This document shows, piece by piece, positions 26,621 to 40,000 of a stretch of 64,000 nucleotides of DNA. Within the stretch, counting starts at the first letter, position 1, and every line of letters begins with the position of its first letter. Where the stretch lies: NCBI RefSeq assembly GCF_964355755.1, contig NC_092674.1, forward strand, positions 24,366,001 to 24,430,000, given 5' to 3'. Made by a program: the position numbers and the translations under genes. The notes under the pieces were generated by a model, which searched no databases, was not told where the DNA came from, and worked only from the letters and a program-made list of their open reading frames with translations. Source of the stretch: Antedon mediterranea (Eukaryota > Animalia > Echinodermata).

Positions 26621-28061
26621 GTTTATGTAATTATTTGTAGGCCTACTGATGCGACTTTACTCTTCAGTATAAGATTGTATACTGAAAAGAATCCAGTATA
26701 AAGAAAACAAACATTTTACAGTATTATAGTTGTTATACAGTTATCGAGTGTCTATCCAATTTTCCAAAGAAGGGGACCTGAGTTTAGTACCTCTAACTTT
26801 TGTTACTTGTGATTTGTTGTTTTTCAACGGTATAGTAATTTCTTTTAGCCAAGTGTTTACAAAAAAAATTGAATTCTTAGACACAAGATGATTCAGCAAA
26901 ACGAAAATATGTTGCAATAATATTTGATTAAACTTGAAACTTTATTTTACAACCTGTACATTATGAAATCATGATGCGCAATAAAGTTTGATATACTATA
27001 GACATTCGTTGACGTCGTGGAAACCTTGGCACATTATGATTGGTCAGATGTCATCCAGTTTCCAACAAGAAGAATTAAAGGCACCTCGGACATTTTCTAA
27101 ATATTGGATACTGCAGTATAGTAGGTAGGCCTATTACACCTTTTGTGTTCAAAGAGTGGTATATAGTTTATGTATTTCAACTGGATTTCAGCACTAGCCA
27201 CTTTAATCTTCAGCACTTCTGGCCAATCTAATCTAAATCGTTGGAGAAGTTCTTGCATATGTCTTTGTCACACCAGAACTTACATCAGAACCAAAAGAGA
27301 TCCAAACACTGATCAATGTGCTTAGTGTTGCATAATTATACAGTATTCATTTTCAATTTTTAAAATATATGAAAGAAACATGTAGGTCTATGTCTCCCTT
27401 TCAAGCTTTGCTTTGCATACTGGAACATTTCTGCTGCTAAAAAACTTAAGAAAGCCTACAGTGAAACGTCTTTTGGGATACCACTATTCAGTTTGAAGTT
27501 AATAGATTCAGGGGAACCTTTTCTGTGAAAGCGAAGCGCGTAACAATTTTGAAAGGCATTGTGGGATAGAATAAAGATATGGGTGCCGCCATTGTGAGCC
27601 ATGGAGTAGGGCGCCCGCTTCAAATTAGAAAGTCAAAATCATAGAGGGGATCTGCTAATGCTCTAGAGGGGATAGAGTAATTGACTGAGGAGTAGGGCGC
27701 CCGCATCAAATTAGAAAGTCAAAATCATAGGGGGTTCTGCTAATACTCTAGGGGGTAGAGTAATTGACTTCCTAGTTTGGAGGGGGCGCTTCTCCATGTT
27801 GTGAAATGGCGTCGCCCAGTTTGACCTTTTAACCCTGTACTTCCGATACTGTGTTTTGAATGCAAATTGAAGAACAGGAGATTCTTGTGTTATAAGTTCT
27901 TTGGTTTTACTAAAACTACTTATGGCCAATTTAAACAGGTGAAATTGAAGTGGAAAACGAACATAGAATTTATGTTATTTCTTTTGATCCCTACACCAAA
28001 CACGGGAGGTCGATGTGCCGAAAAGCACTTGGGATAAATACAGATTCTACATTAGACAAGC

Positions 28062-28588
28062 TGTCATGACGTCATTTGTTTTCAATTTGTGAGTTGCGTG
28101 CCAGTGCGCGTACAATACGCAGGCTGAACGAAATCATACATTTGGTATCGTGTGAGATATTCATGCAGTGTAATCATCTTTATTTGTTATTTGAAACCCT
28201 TTGGGTGAGTTTTAATTAGAATCGTTTATTAATATGTTTAAGACAGGAGTCTGCAGGGGCAGTCTTTGAGTTGTGTATACCTTTAAAAATTATATTTTTT
28301 ATTGTTGTTAAAGTTCATATAAATAGGCCTCGCTTGACGTTATCTCCTCGTTTAAGTCGAGTCGGCGTACGAGTGTCTACATCTTTCTATTACTATAGAG
28401 GGGGTAGTCGTACTATTCTTTATTATCATATGTTTCGAAGTATTTGTTGACTACAGAACTATCTACATAGTGTATTTTGTTTGTTCTTATAGACAACCCA
28501 ACACAGTTGTTGAATAATAATAAATCTAATAAAGACAACATATTGCAACAACGTGTTCACCTCATTATTTCTCACCGATTCCACAACA
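28062..28588 (+). repeat. 5' LTR
   Basis: 527 bp, TGTCATGACG...CCACAACA. Inr-like CAGTT at 28504 followed by AATAAA signals at about 28519-28533. Confidence 0.95.
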
Positions 28589-28590
28589 GC

Positions 28591-28600
28591 TTCAACAACT
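28591..28600 (+). promoter_or_regulatory. Putative self-priming primer-binding site (complementary to LTR 28505-28514)
   Basis: TTCAACAACT lies 2 nt after the 5' LTR and is the exact reverse complement of AGTTGTTGAA (28505-28514). No TGG-initiated tRNA PBS is present. Confidence 0.6.
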
Positions 28601-28615
28601 AGTGAAATAATTACA

Positions 28616-31600
28616 ATGGCAGACTTAAACAAACTGAAGCTTACCAGACGGAACAGCAAAGGTCAGTTAACAAGGACTCTGTCCATGATAGAATCACTAC
28701 TTAAAGAAAATTGCGAACCAGATGTTTTAAAAACTTACATTATCAAGGCGGAGGAACAGTTCAGAAAAGTTGAGTTAAAACACTCTGAACTGATTGATGT
28801 AATTGAAGACCAGGGAGAATTTGAAACGGAAGAGAAATGGATGTCAGAATGTGAGATGGATTTCCTTCAAAAGTTGGTATGTGCAAAACGGGAGATTACC
28901 CTGCGCCACTCACAATCTACAGTCGATGTACCATTCTCAACTCCAACAACTCCTCTTCAAACATCAGCCTCAACGCAGCCTGCTGGTACGGTTGCCTCGC
29001 CGCCTGCATTCAGTTCACCTACACCTCGACCTGCTATGGCAAGGTCAACGCCTACCATGGCAAAGATGAAGTATCCTACATTTAATGGCAACATCCGGGA
29101 TTACAAAAGATTTAAAGAATTATTTACACATTGTGCAACTAATCTAACTGAGATTGAATGTTTCTACCAGCTAACTGAATCTATGATTAACAGCAAAGAA
29201 AGAAGCATGGTTAAAGGATGTATCGATGTGGCTAGAGCTTGGGAAGTGTTAGATGAACGCTACGGAGACAAAGACAGAGTGGTTGATAGTCTGTTGAAGG
29301 ATCTAGAGAATTTAAAGTCCTATGAAAGTAAGGACAAGATCAACATTCCAGCCATGAGTCGTTTTGTCCAAACCCTTCAAACGTTTGAAACCAGAGCGGA
29401 AACCATTGGTTTATCTGGAGAATTGAACAGCAAAATCATGCTGAGCCAAATAAAACAGAAGTTACCAGAAGAACACAGAATAGCTTACTATAAAAGCGTT
29501 AGGGACAACGACACAGGTCATTCTCTTACTGGCTTGGTTAAATGGCTGTACAGCCAATTATTGTTACTTGAGAAAGCTATGCCCATGACTGAAACTGAAT
29601 CATCTTCATCGTCAAAGAAGGCTTCAAATGCTGCTGTAGTGTCATCTGCAGAAGGATACAAGTCAGACTACAATAGAAATCCCAAGTGTGCACTGCATCC
29701 AACTGCGAATACTCATTTCTTAAAGAGTTGTAACAAGTTTCGAAGTTTGTCTCAAAAGGAGAAATATGAAGTGATGAAAAAGAACAGAATCTGTTTTAGA
29801 TGTGGTCACAACAATTGCTCTGCTGGTAAACCTCCATATGATAAGAATTCCTGTCAATTTGCCGCACCTTGTGGAACTCCATCTTGTGGAAGTAACCTTC
29901 ACTTTCCGGCTGTTTGTCCTGTCTTGTATGAAAGAAAGGATCAACCCAATCTTAATTGCAATGCTCAACCATTTCAACCAGCGGATCCAACCACAGTTGT
30001 TAAGCAGGCAGGCATGGTCACCCACAATGGAGAAAGTAAATTACAAGTGACTTTACCTACTGTTATGGGGTACCTGAGATGTGGCAAAACCCGCCGTCCA
30101 GTGCGTATCTTATTGGATGGTGGAAGCCAAGCGACACTTCTGAGATCGGGACTCATTCCACTTACTAATCAAGATGTTTATCAAAAACACGATCTGAGTC
30201 TGGTTGGTGGTAAGAAAATTACTAAGAAACTACGATTGCTGAATTGCTACATTGAAGACGTAAATGGTACATGGTCTTGTCCACTCACCGTCACAGAAAT
30301 AGACGAACCCTGCGGAGATGCTCCTATAGTATACAAAGAACAGCTTAAACAATACAGTCATCTAAATGAAATTGATTTACAAGTTGCTCCATACCCAACT
30401 ATTGATGTACTGCTTGGTGTCGATAACACACACTTAATGATTTGGGAAGAGTACCTCCGAGGTGAATGTATCAATGAACCTGTAGCCGTGAAATGTCCTT
30501 TTGGATGGTTTATCCAAGGAGGACAACTCACCACATCAGCACTCTTCAACTATGTTAATGTGTCTGCAGTTGGACCAATGGAAGATTTTCTTGGCATTGA
30601 GACAATGGGTTTAGAACCAAAGAAGTGCAAATGCTCCGAACATCTTACAAACCGCAAGGCAACGGAAGCAATTGATCAGAGTGTGAAACAACTGCCAAAT
30701 GGAACTTATGAAATTAGATTGCCTTGGAAAAGGGCACCAAATGACCTTCCAGATAACTATGGGTATGCTGTGAAGAGACTGAAGAGCCTAGAAAAGCAAT
30801 TTGAGAATAGAAGCATAGAATGGGAAGTGTATTGCGAACAAATGAGAGATCAACTGAAAAGAGGTGTCTCTCGTCGAGTGACAGAAGCAGACCTAAAAAG
30901 AGATAGAGAGGCTGGAAGGAAGATGTGGTTTTTACCACACTTTGCCGTAACCAAAGAATCCAAAACAACACCTGTGAGAGTGGTATATGATGGGAAGGCA
31001 AGATTTCAAGGCCATTCTCTTAATGATTATATATTTATATAAAGGAGAAAATGTTAATACAGATCTTTTTGATGTTGCCCTACGATTCCGAGAAAACGAA
31101 GTTGGTATAATTGCCGACATTAGTAAGATGTTCCAGGCTATTAAAATCAGTTCTGATGATGCCCGCTTTCATCGATTTGTGTTCAGAGAGAATCCTAACC
31201 ATCCAATTCAAGTGTACGAGTTGACGACTGTTACATTTGGTGACAAGCCATCACCAACTGCGGCTATTGTGACTTTGAGGCATATAGTATCTGAGCATGC
31301 ACCCGGTGATAAACAATTAGAAAGAATTGTTACTGACCAGTTTTACATGGATGATTTGAATGAATCTGTTACTGATGCTAATGAGGCCGACAACTTAAAG
31401 TCTAAACTCATTGAGACTCTGATGAAAGGAAACTTCAATATCAGGAAATGGCAATCCAACGTTAGGAATATGTGTGATGAATCAGAAGACGCCACTGCTG
31501 CAACAGCTTTGGGAACAAAGTGGGACCTTGTGAACGACACTCTAAAGGTCAAAGAGGTTAAACTAATTCAAGGTCTAATCCCAACTAAACGTAGCATTCT

Positions 31601-33060
31601 GAAACAAACCGCTTCTTACTATGACGTATTCGGTATGCTTTCCGGTATCCTTGTCCGACCGAAAACACTGTTACAAAAACTGTGGCAACTAAACATTGAT
31701 TGGGATACACCACTTAACCAGAGAGGTGAACTTTGTGCTATTCTCAGTGAAATCAATAAAGACCTTGAAAAAGCAAGTGACATAGAAATTCCAAGATGTC
31801 TTATTCCAGAGCCATTTAGAGGAAAAAGACCATTACCAAAAGTATCTCTGCATGGTGCAAGTGATGCTTCAGAAGATGCTATGGGTATCGGAGTTTGGCT
31901 AAGGTGGTCACATGAAGAGTCAACTGAAGCTTATTTGTCGTTTGTGTGCGCCCGAGCCAGACTCACACCACTTAAACAATCAAGCATCCCCAGGAAAGAA
32001 CTTCAAGCAATTCTGCTGCTTTCAAGGCTGATGCTCACTGTAAAGAATGCTTTGAGGTTTGACATAGTTTTTTCAAAGATTTGGACAGACAGTATGACTG
32101 CCATCAGTTGGCTGAGAGGTCAATCTAAATCTTTCCGATCGTATGTTGCATACCGTGTAGGTGAGATCACTTCTGAATTTGACCCGATCAAAGATATCGC
32201 CTTTGTACCATCAGACCAGAACACTATAGATATTGTTTCAAGAGGAGGAAACATTGACGATATGAAGAAAGTCATCGATGGACCAGGGTTCCTACGATCA
32301 CCACCAATCTCTTGGCCTAAAACTCTGACAAATGTTCAAGTAGCTCCTGAAGATGGAGAACAAAAGAAATTCCATGTCCGTAATGCTAAGACACTAACAC
32401 TCAAAATAAAGGCTATCCCTGAATTTGAAAGAATACTTGATCCCACCAAGTTTTCTAGTTGGCCAAAACTTAAGATGGTCACAGCAAGAGTTGTGTCCTT
32501 AAAGCAGTTACCAAAGAACCAATGGTTAAAGAAGTTAACTTCAGTTGGTGAAAGCTGATAGACTAACATTTGTTGAATGGGAGACGGTGTTCTGTCAGAT
32601 ATCTGGTCTTATCAATAGTCGACCTTTGACAGCCAAGTCATCATCGCCCCTGGATCACCCGCCATTAACTCCTAATCATTTCCTGATTGGAAGAGGTGCT
32701 TTACAGTGTCCGGAAGTACCGTGTGAAGAATTCCATGGAAATTTGAGAAAACGGAGAGAAATTTGTAACTCTATGGTGAATGGTTTCTGGCACCGATGGA
32801 TGGAGTGTATCCATAAGCTCTCACCAAGACTTAAATGGCAGAAATCAATGGAGAATGTAATGGAAGGTGACATAGTACTTGTCATTGGTGAGAACAAGAA
32901 ACGTGGTAGTTGGAAAATGGCAGAAGTCAGTAAAGTTTATCCAGGGAAAGATGACCTTGTTAGGGTTGTTGACATAAAATTTGCAGATGGTATCAATGCT
33001 AAGAAACCGGTTACTAAGTTGATCATGCTAATGAAGAGCACCGAACGTTCAGACATGTAG
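28616..33060 (+). pseudogene. BEL/Pao gag-pol polyprotein (gag with Cys-His knuckles, aspartic protease, RT, RNase H, integrase C-terminus); frameshifted, integrase core deleted
   Basis: Gag PTFNGNIRDYKRFKELF and CFRCGHNNC; protease ILLDGGSQAT; RT WFLPHFAV, VRVVYDG, ADISKMF, FYMDD; RNase H LHGASDASEDAMG, PRKELQA, WTDS; IN C-terminus NSRPL...LTPNHFL...FWHRW...YPGKD. Frameshift at about 31031 and discontinuity at about 32540. Confidence 0.92.
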
Positions 33061-33206
33061 TGATATGTGGATCAGATGATGTTCCTTGACCACTGTGATT
33101 GATGATTTAAAGTGTAATTGACATTTATGAACTTTTCATTGTTACATTTAAAGTTGTAGACTTTGTTACTAGTTGTGACTATCCGTCACTTTTTAGGGGG
33201 CTGGGA

Positions 33207-33732
33207 TGTCATGACGTCATTTGTTTTCAATTTGTGAGTTGCGTGCCAGTGCGCGTACAATACGCAGGCTGAACGAAATCATACATTTGGTATCGTGTGA
33301 GATATTCATGCAGTGTAATCATCTTTATTTGTTATTTGAAACCCTTTGGGTGAGTTTTAATTAGAATCGTTTATTAATATGTTTAGACAGGAGTCTGCAG
33401 GGGCAGTCTTTGAGTTGTGTATACCTTTAAAAATTATATTTTTTATTGTTGTTAAAGTTCATATATCTAGGCCTCGCTTGACGTTATCTCCTCGTTTAAG
33501 TCGAGTCGGCGTACGAGTGTCTACATCTTTCTATTACTATAGAGGGGGTAGTCGTACTATTCTTTATTATCATATGTTTCGAAGTATTTGTTGACTACAG
33601 AACTATCTACTTAGTGTATTTTGTTTGTTCTTATAGACAACCCAACACAGTTGTTGAATAATAATAAATCTAATAAAGACAACATATTGCAACAACGTGT
33701 TCACCTCATTATTTCTCACCGATTCCACAACA
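33207..33732 (+). repeat. 3' LTR
   Basis: 526-bp near-identical copy of the 5' LTR. Confidence 0.95.
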
Positions 33733-34076
33733 CAAGCAATACACAGATTTCCTCTTACCGTTACTGACGGTTCGTCTGTGTAAATTGGCCTTTAATCAAC
33801 TCTGTTTTGTTATTATGGTTTTATCATCATGCTGTGCCGTTTATGTTTCATTATGGCCAGTCCCTATTCAAGGAACATCCTTCCTAAGAGGACACTTTGT
33901 AAGGCCCTGAAAGTGTGTTCATAATAAGGGTTCTATTGTAAATAGTTTTTAAAATTATATCAATTATTTATTTTATTTTTCCATTTTTTAAATTAATAAA
34001 TGTTCTTGAAATGAAAGTAAAAAGTGAAAAAGAGCATTTTAAAGTTTTAGTTTATTTTTACTAAACGTCTGATAAG

Positions 34077-37000
34077 CTACTCTGTTTTGTTCTGTTCTTC
34101 TGGTTTAGTCATGATGCTGTAAGTGCCGTACATGAACCAGAGAGACAGTACGCCAAACCCACATATTCCAAGCATGATGTGCATCTGAGGGAATGGGGCT
34201 TCTGGAAGAGCTCCGTACACTTCAACAGCAAACAGGGCAGTCAAAGTACAAAAACTGAAAACAGAAGAAGAAGATAATCAATTATTCAATATTACACTTT
34301 TATAGGTCTAAAGCTCTGTCTACACTATCAAACTTTATGTGAAAAAAAAAATGTGATGTGCCCATTTATGGACATGATGATGTCACCACTATCATATTTG
34401 GGCACATCACACTTTTTTTTTGTCAAACTAAATCGTTTACATAAAGTTTACAATGAATAAATAAACAATTGACCACATTTGAAAAGCTTGGCATTAACTC
34501 GTATACCTGTAGTTTGGATCCACCACAGTAACATTAAATATGTATAATCCACTGTATGGTAACCATTTGATCTTGTTACTGCTACTGCTGTTCATGATCT
34601 CATACGGTTTCTCAGAATGCACCAAAGGACTACCAGAATCATCATAACAACTTAAAAAGTTCTACAAACAAGAAAGAAAGTTATAGACAAATCCCTTGTA
34701 GGTCATAATTATTTAACCACCGAGTAGCAGGCGTAATGCATCATGGAGTGCCTACCCCTCTGTGGCTATGCCACTGCTGAGAAGGAGTTTTACGTCGGGG
34801 AGATTAACTGATCAGATGGTTGAACCTACACTGTGTATGCTAGCAAAGTGAAAACATCTGACCACATTCCTAACTTTTTTAAAACCTAATAATGTGTGCT
34901 TGTGTACCTTGTTAGTCCATGCTGTGTGTGGGTTAGCCAGACTCTGTGCTTGTAACATGGTGAGCCTATCTTGAGCCTGTGATACACATAGGGCCTGGTA
35001 AAGACAAAATTACTGGTATTCACATTACTAAAAAAGTATTTCTAATTTTGTTTTACTTTCAAATCAAACACAATTTGTTTCAGAGCACAATCATGTCATA
35101 AAGACCAATTCAGACAGAAATATATCATAAAACGTCTTGACTCGTCGGTGCTGTCTGAGACGAGTCATATTGAGATAGCTTCGGGCATGGTTTTTAGGTT
35201 GTCGGGAGAACTTCAAAAATGTTTAATTTTCTCCCAGGACAACTCGCGGCCATGTTGTACGACGCTGTCTGAGTTGGCCTTAAGGAATCAGACTTTGAAA
35301 AGGCACCATCATCTTATTTATGTATTCTATAGGCCATAATCAATTTCTCCTCCGCAATTGTCAGTTTGTTTGCCAGACATCATTATCCACTTGTCCACAT
35401 TCTCTCTTTTCTCTTTACAAATATTAGCATCCGTTGGTTGAGAAATTAAGCTCTTGTGCAAGGAGCTTTCGTGCAAGGAGCTTTTCTTGCATACAGGATC
35501 AACTTTGTTATTTACAACAGTGTATTATATGTATTGCTGTCATGATTCTGTGTTATACGTGTCCGCTTTTGTATAAAGTAAAGCTATCAAACTAGAAAGT
35601 GCGATGTGCCCAAATATGGTAGTGCTATGACATCATCATGTCCATATGGGCACATCACATTTTTTGTCACATAAAGTAGACAGAGCTTAACACAGATGAG
35701 TTTACCTCTGCCATGGTCATAGTATAAGTGAATGTGAAACGTCCATTGATGTCATAAACTACAAAGTTTACCAGCACCTCTTCAACAAATTTATCTCCAT
35801 CAAACCTGTCCAGAACAGGAAAAAAAACCAACTTTTTATTTAAAGATGTATTGTCCCTTGAAACACACAAAAATGAAGGTCAAAATATTCTAAATTTAAA
35901 TTGGCCATATCAAAGTAATATTAAAGTTATTCACTTTAAGTCGAAAATTCAAGCCAAAAGCAACAAGTTTACGTAATTAACAGGTAAATTAGTTTGATTA
36001 CATTTCGTCTGGAAAATCGTCGCGAGCGAAAGTAAACAAAGATTTCAAACCACGAGTACGCATTATGCATATGCTAATTAGGATTAATGAAAACATTTCT
36101 TCTGGTTTCGATTCGTATAATGATATAAGTGATAGTAAACAAATAAAACTTACGTTGGCAAGACAGTTTCGTCTAGCTGTCAGCTCAACTTCTTCAGTTG
36201 CTATGATGCGTTATGACGCCGACTGGTCTCCTTTCCAGCCACTAGATGTTTTTGTTGTGTAGCCTAGGGGATCAGTCGTCGTCAGAAGCTGATCGTAAAT
36301 GTGAGATAGTTGGTGCGCGCCTTCGTCTCTATTCATCTTTTTATTTTATTGTAGTTATATACAGAAGAGCCCCTATTAAGGGGACACATTCTGGGCCAAA
36401 CAAATGTACATAGAGGTATTCCCCTCATTCTACGGGAAATGTGTCCCCTGAATAAGACTGCCCCAAAGAAGATGTCTACTCTATTAATGACATTTATCTA
36501 TACTTACAGTTCAATAATTGGTTTAAATGGGTCGGCTATGTGCACCAAAAATGGACATCCTACTTGTTCAAGGTCATAGGTTAGTGTCCTGTCTTGAGTA
36601 CCGGTGGTGCGGCCAAGTAGAAATGTTGGATCATAAAGATCTCTGTAAATTTACACAAGATACTAAGTTCGGTAAGTTAAATTATTTAATATTCTGGGTC
36701 TGTTTTTAAAGCTGCAATGTAATTACCTAAATAAACTTACTTTCTGATTGTATAAGACGCACCCCTCCAGTTTTCACATGCAGTATCCCGCCTTCAAATT
36801 AATAAGATAATTTATTATTTTATATAAATAAATGTTTGCCCTACTCTGTACTTTCTTAAGTGTATGTATTTAGCAAAAAGTACAATGTATGTCAGAGTAG
36901 CGAAAAGATCTAACCAATCAAATTTTAGCTCCCTAACGCAAAGCTACTTTGAATTAGTTACAAAATTACCACGCAGTTGATATAGTAATCTACAGTAGAT

Positions 37001-40000
37001 ATAGTAATCTACAGTATTGCATACATGAATAATTTTTCTAGTTTTAATAATATCGAATTGTATAAAATATATTTGTATTTAAATAAATAAAAGCAAATGG
37101 AAGCCAAACAAAATATTGGCTTTTAATTAACTTACTTTTTTACACGGATCTGCCGCCCTGGTGGACAACCTCCAATTACTAATGACTCCTAATCCATATA
37201 TTTAAATAAAAAGAAAAAAAGTAAGGTACTGTATGTCTAATATAGTAATACTATAATATGTGTATGTATAATCAAGGTTGTATACGTTTCAGATTCTTTC
37301 TAGGTTTTTTTTTTTCAATTGAGATGAGAAATTAAACGAATGTTTTAAGTCCGGTAATACATTCTCCAGAAAAAGTATTTCTGATACCATTCTGTATCAC
37401 TACGGTACTTACTTTATACTGGTCTTGCAGGCATGTGAGGCTGCCCTCCAATGACCCCATCTTTAAAATGCCCATACCTTCAACACCATCAACTGTGCTG
37501 AGAGAACAGATCAAAACAACATCAAACTAACTTTTTCTTTTATTTTAAAAAACAGAGTGTGCAGGATAAAGTGGACAGACAAATGAGCGACATTTGATGG
37601 CAGCACTTGGAGGGACCTTATAGGTATAATAAGGCTGCATGACACAGGTTATTCCCCACATTTACATTTTTATTTTGAAGTAAAATGTTTAATCTGTTTT
37701 AAAATTTCCTATATTTATCAATTTACCTTTCTGAAACTTTGTCAACTCTGAGAGAAATGAGAGTTGTCTGTAAGAAAGAAAGAAAAGAAAAGAGGGGATA
37801 AAGAAGAAATACCCTGTACTACAAAAAGTGACAAACATTCTTAAATTAATTATGCTATTTATCATGATGTAATGTATTATAATACCATGGAATTTGTTGT
37901 TACTCCTCTGGTAGTACTGTGCCACATCGGTGTTACTTCAGAAGAGAACTGCAACAGGTCTGGGTTAGAAACAAATACCTTTAAGGTAAAAAAAACACAT
38001 CATTAAGCTCTGTCTACACTATCAAACTAGTTTGTCAAAAAAGTTTGATGTAGTGGTATGACATCATCGTGTCCATATGGGCATATCACATTTTTTTGGT
38101 CACAGAAAGTTTGATAGTGGCGACAGAGCTTTAAACTTACTTAATGCTAAAAATACACGACCGAGGGCAGTGTTTCTGTTTTGCAACATTATTTTGTATT
38201 CTCTATTGCTTATTTGTATTTCAGAGAATCTCTGTCTACACTATCAAACATCATGTGACAACAAAATGTGATGTGCTCATATGTGGACATGATACCTGAT
38301 ACCATATTTGGGCATATCGCTATTCTATATTTGGGCACATCACACTTTTCTTTATCAAACTAGTTTGATAGCATAGACACTGTGCATTGATTCCCACAAG
38401 CGATGGTCACAGGTTGGTTGCATCATTGTTTATTTGGAGAATTAAGGGAGGTGGCTAGCCACCATATTCACCCCTAGATCTTTACCCAGTTAATTCCTTA
38501 TGTAGCCAAGCTCTATTAACATTGAATTGTGTAGGTTAAAATTATTCATATTATAACTTACAATGAAATGTGTTTGTTGCCACGGCTCCGAGTACATTGT
38601 GATTGACAGGTTCATCTCCATGGCAATATCCAAGTAAAAAATGTGATCTTCATAATTATTTAAAATAGCTTGATACTGAAATTTAAAAAATTGTATTTAT
38701 ACTGGGTGACCTCTTCAGTCAAAGACTTGTCTCACAGAGGACCCAGTTATGATCACTTGCTGTGATGTACTAGTACACCGGGGTGATTCCCTACTCGTCT
38801 CGAATAAAGTACCACTGCACATGAACTAGATGTGTACACTGGAGCTACGGTTTAAGTCCTTATCCGAGAATACTCGTTATATCACCAGAACCATGGGGCG
38901 CGTAACCCTCAAACTCTTGCCGATGTTATTGCTACATAATTACGGTCCCACGGTTTTAACCACTCGGCCACCTCACTCGCTTGTAACATTTGGAGACCCA
39001 CTTGACGGTTTGATTTAGTTCGGTTTTGGGAATCCTGTCTCTCTTTGTTATTTTTTGTTATAATATGTGAGACGAAATAAATGAAATGAAAAAATGAAAA
39101 TAATAGTCTGTCAAAAATAGAATGAAATAGTAATTCATAATTTTATTTTAGCTGTCAAAAATAGGGAGTGCGCGCCCAATGTAACAAAAACGTTTTACCT
39201 TACAGGGAGCAGAATTCTGTAAGTCTACAAGATTATGTATTTTATAAGTTTTCTTATGAAATTCCACAGCATGAATACTGGATGCATTCTCTCGATTCCA
39301 AGCGGTGTACAGATGAATGTTGTTGTGATCACCAAATGCAAGGCCTACACCAGAATGGTAAACGTTTTGTAATATCTGTAACAAAAGAAATGCTGGGTTG
39401 GTTTGATGTGCTATATAGTTTATGTTCAGTTTAAATGGGGTACATTTTGGCACACATGGCATAGCATACAGGTACTTTAGTGTACAGGCATATGGAAACA
39501 AAATCTCTTGTTGCACAATAAATACTCTATGTGTAGAGTATTTCTACATGTTTTTGTTTTTATTTATTATTTTAAGTAGTAAATTGTATTAGTTTAAATG
39601 TATGTGTATTGTTTCTGGGGTCTTTCTCGAGACAAGAAACTTGATTTCTTCTAGAGAAGACCCCAAATGATGGCTTATTACCATGTTTTCATTTATGTAC
39701 ACACCTATATTATACTGTATAATGCCATTGTTGAACAAATAATTAATGTTTTTTTAGTTGAGTATCAGACCGTTATGATATATGTATGTTTTTATGGATA
39801 GAAACTATGTGTATTTAAATTGTGCATTTTATTTATATTAATAAAACTAGATGTTTATAATTAAAATGGTATCAGTTTTGCTAACCTCTGTGACCTCTGC
39901 TTTCATTCCTTCCTCCCTACCTAGAAACACCCTGTGCTGATTTGTTACCAAAAGAAAATAGTCTTTGTAGCCTGAAAACAAAATATAGGACTACCATTTC

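Larger units (their letters stand above)
28062..33732 (+). mobile_element. BEL/Pao LTR retrotransposon, recent insertion, internally defective
   Basis: LTRs 28062-28588 and 33207-33732 (TG...CA; I count 3 substitutions and 1 indel), 5-bp TSD CAAGC (28057-28061, 33733-33737), purine-rich tract AGGGGGCTGGGA at 33195-33206, and BEL-type gag-pol. Confidence 0.97.
27923..33791. mobile_element. PIF/Harbinger-like MITE interrupted by the BEL retrotransposon
   Basis: TTA|TGGCCAATTTAAACAG (27923) ... CTGTGTAAATTGGCCT|TTA (33791). A related uninterrupted copy lies at about 35102-35280. Confidence 0.55.

Noticed and set aside
30987-31042. Programmed gag-pol ribosomal frameshift
   Set aside because: The break falls inside the RT domain and is explained by a 4-bp duplication. 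BEL/Pao elements normally have a single ORF.
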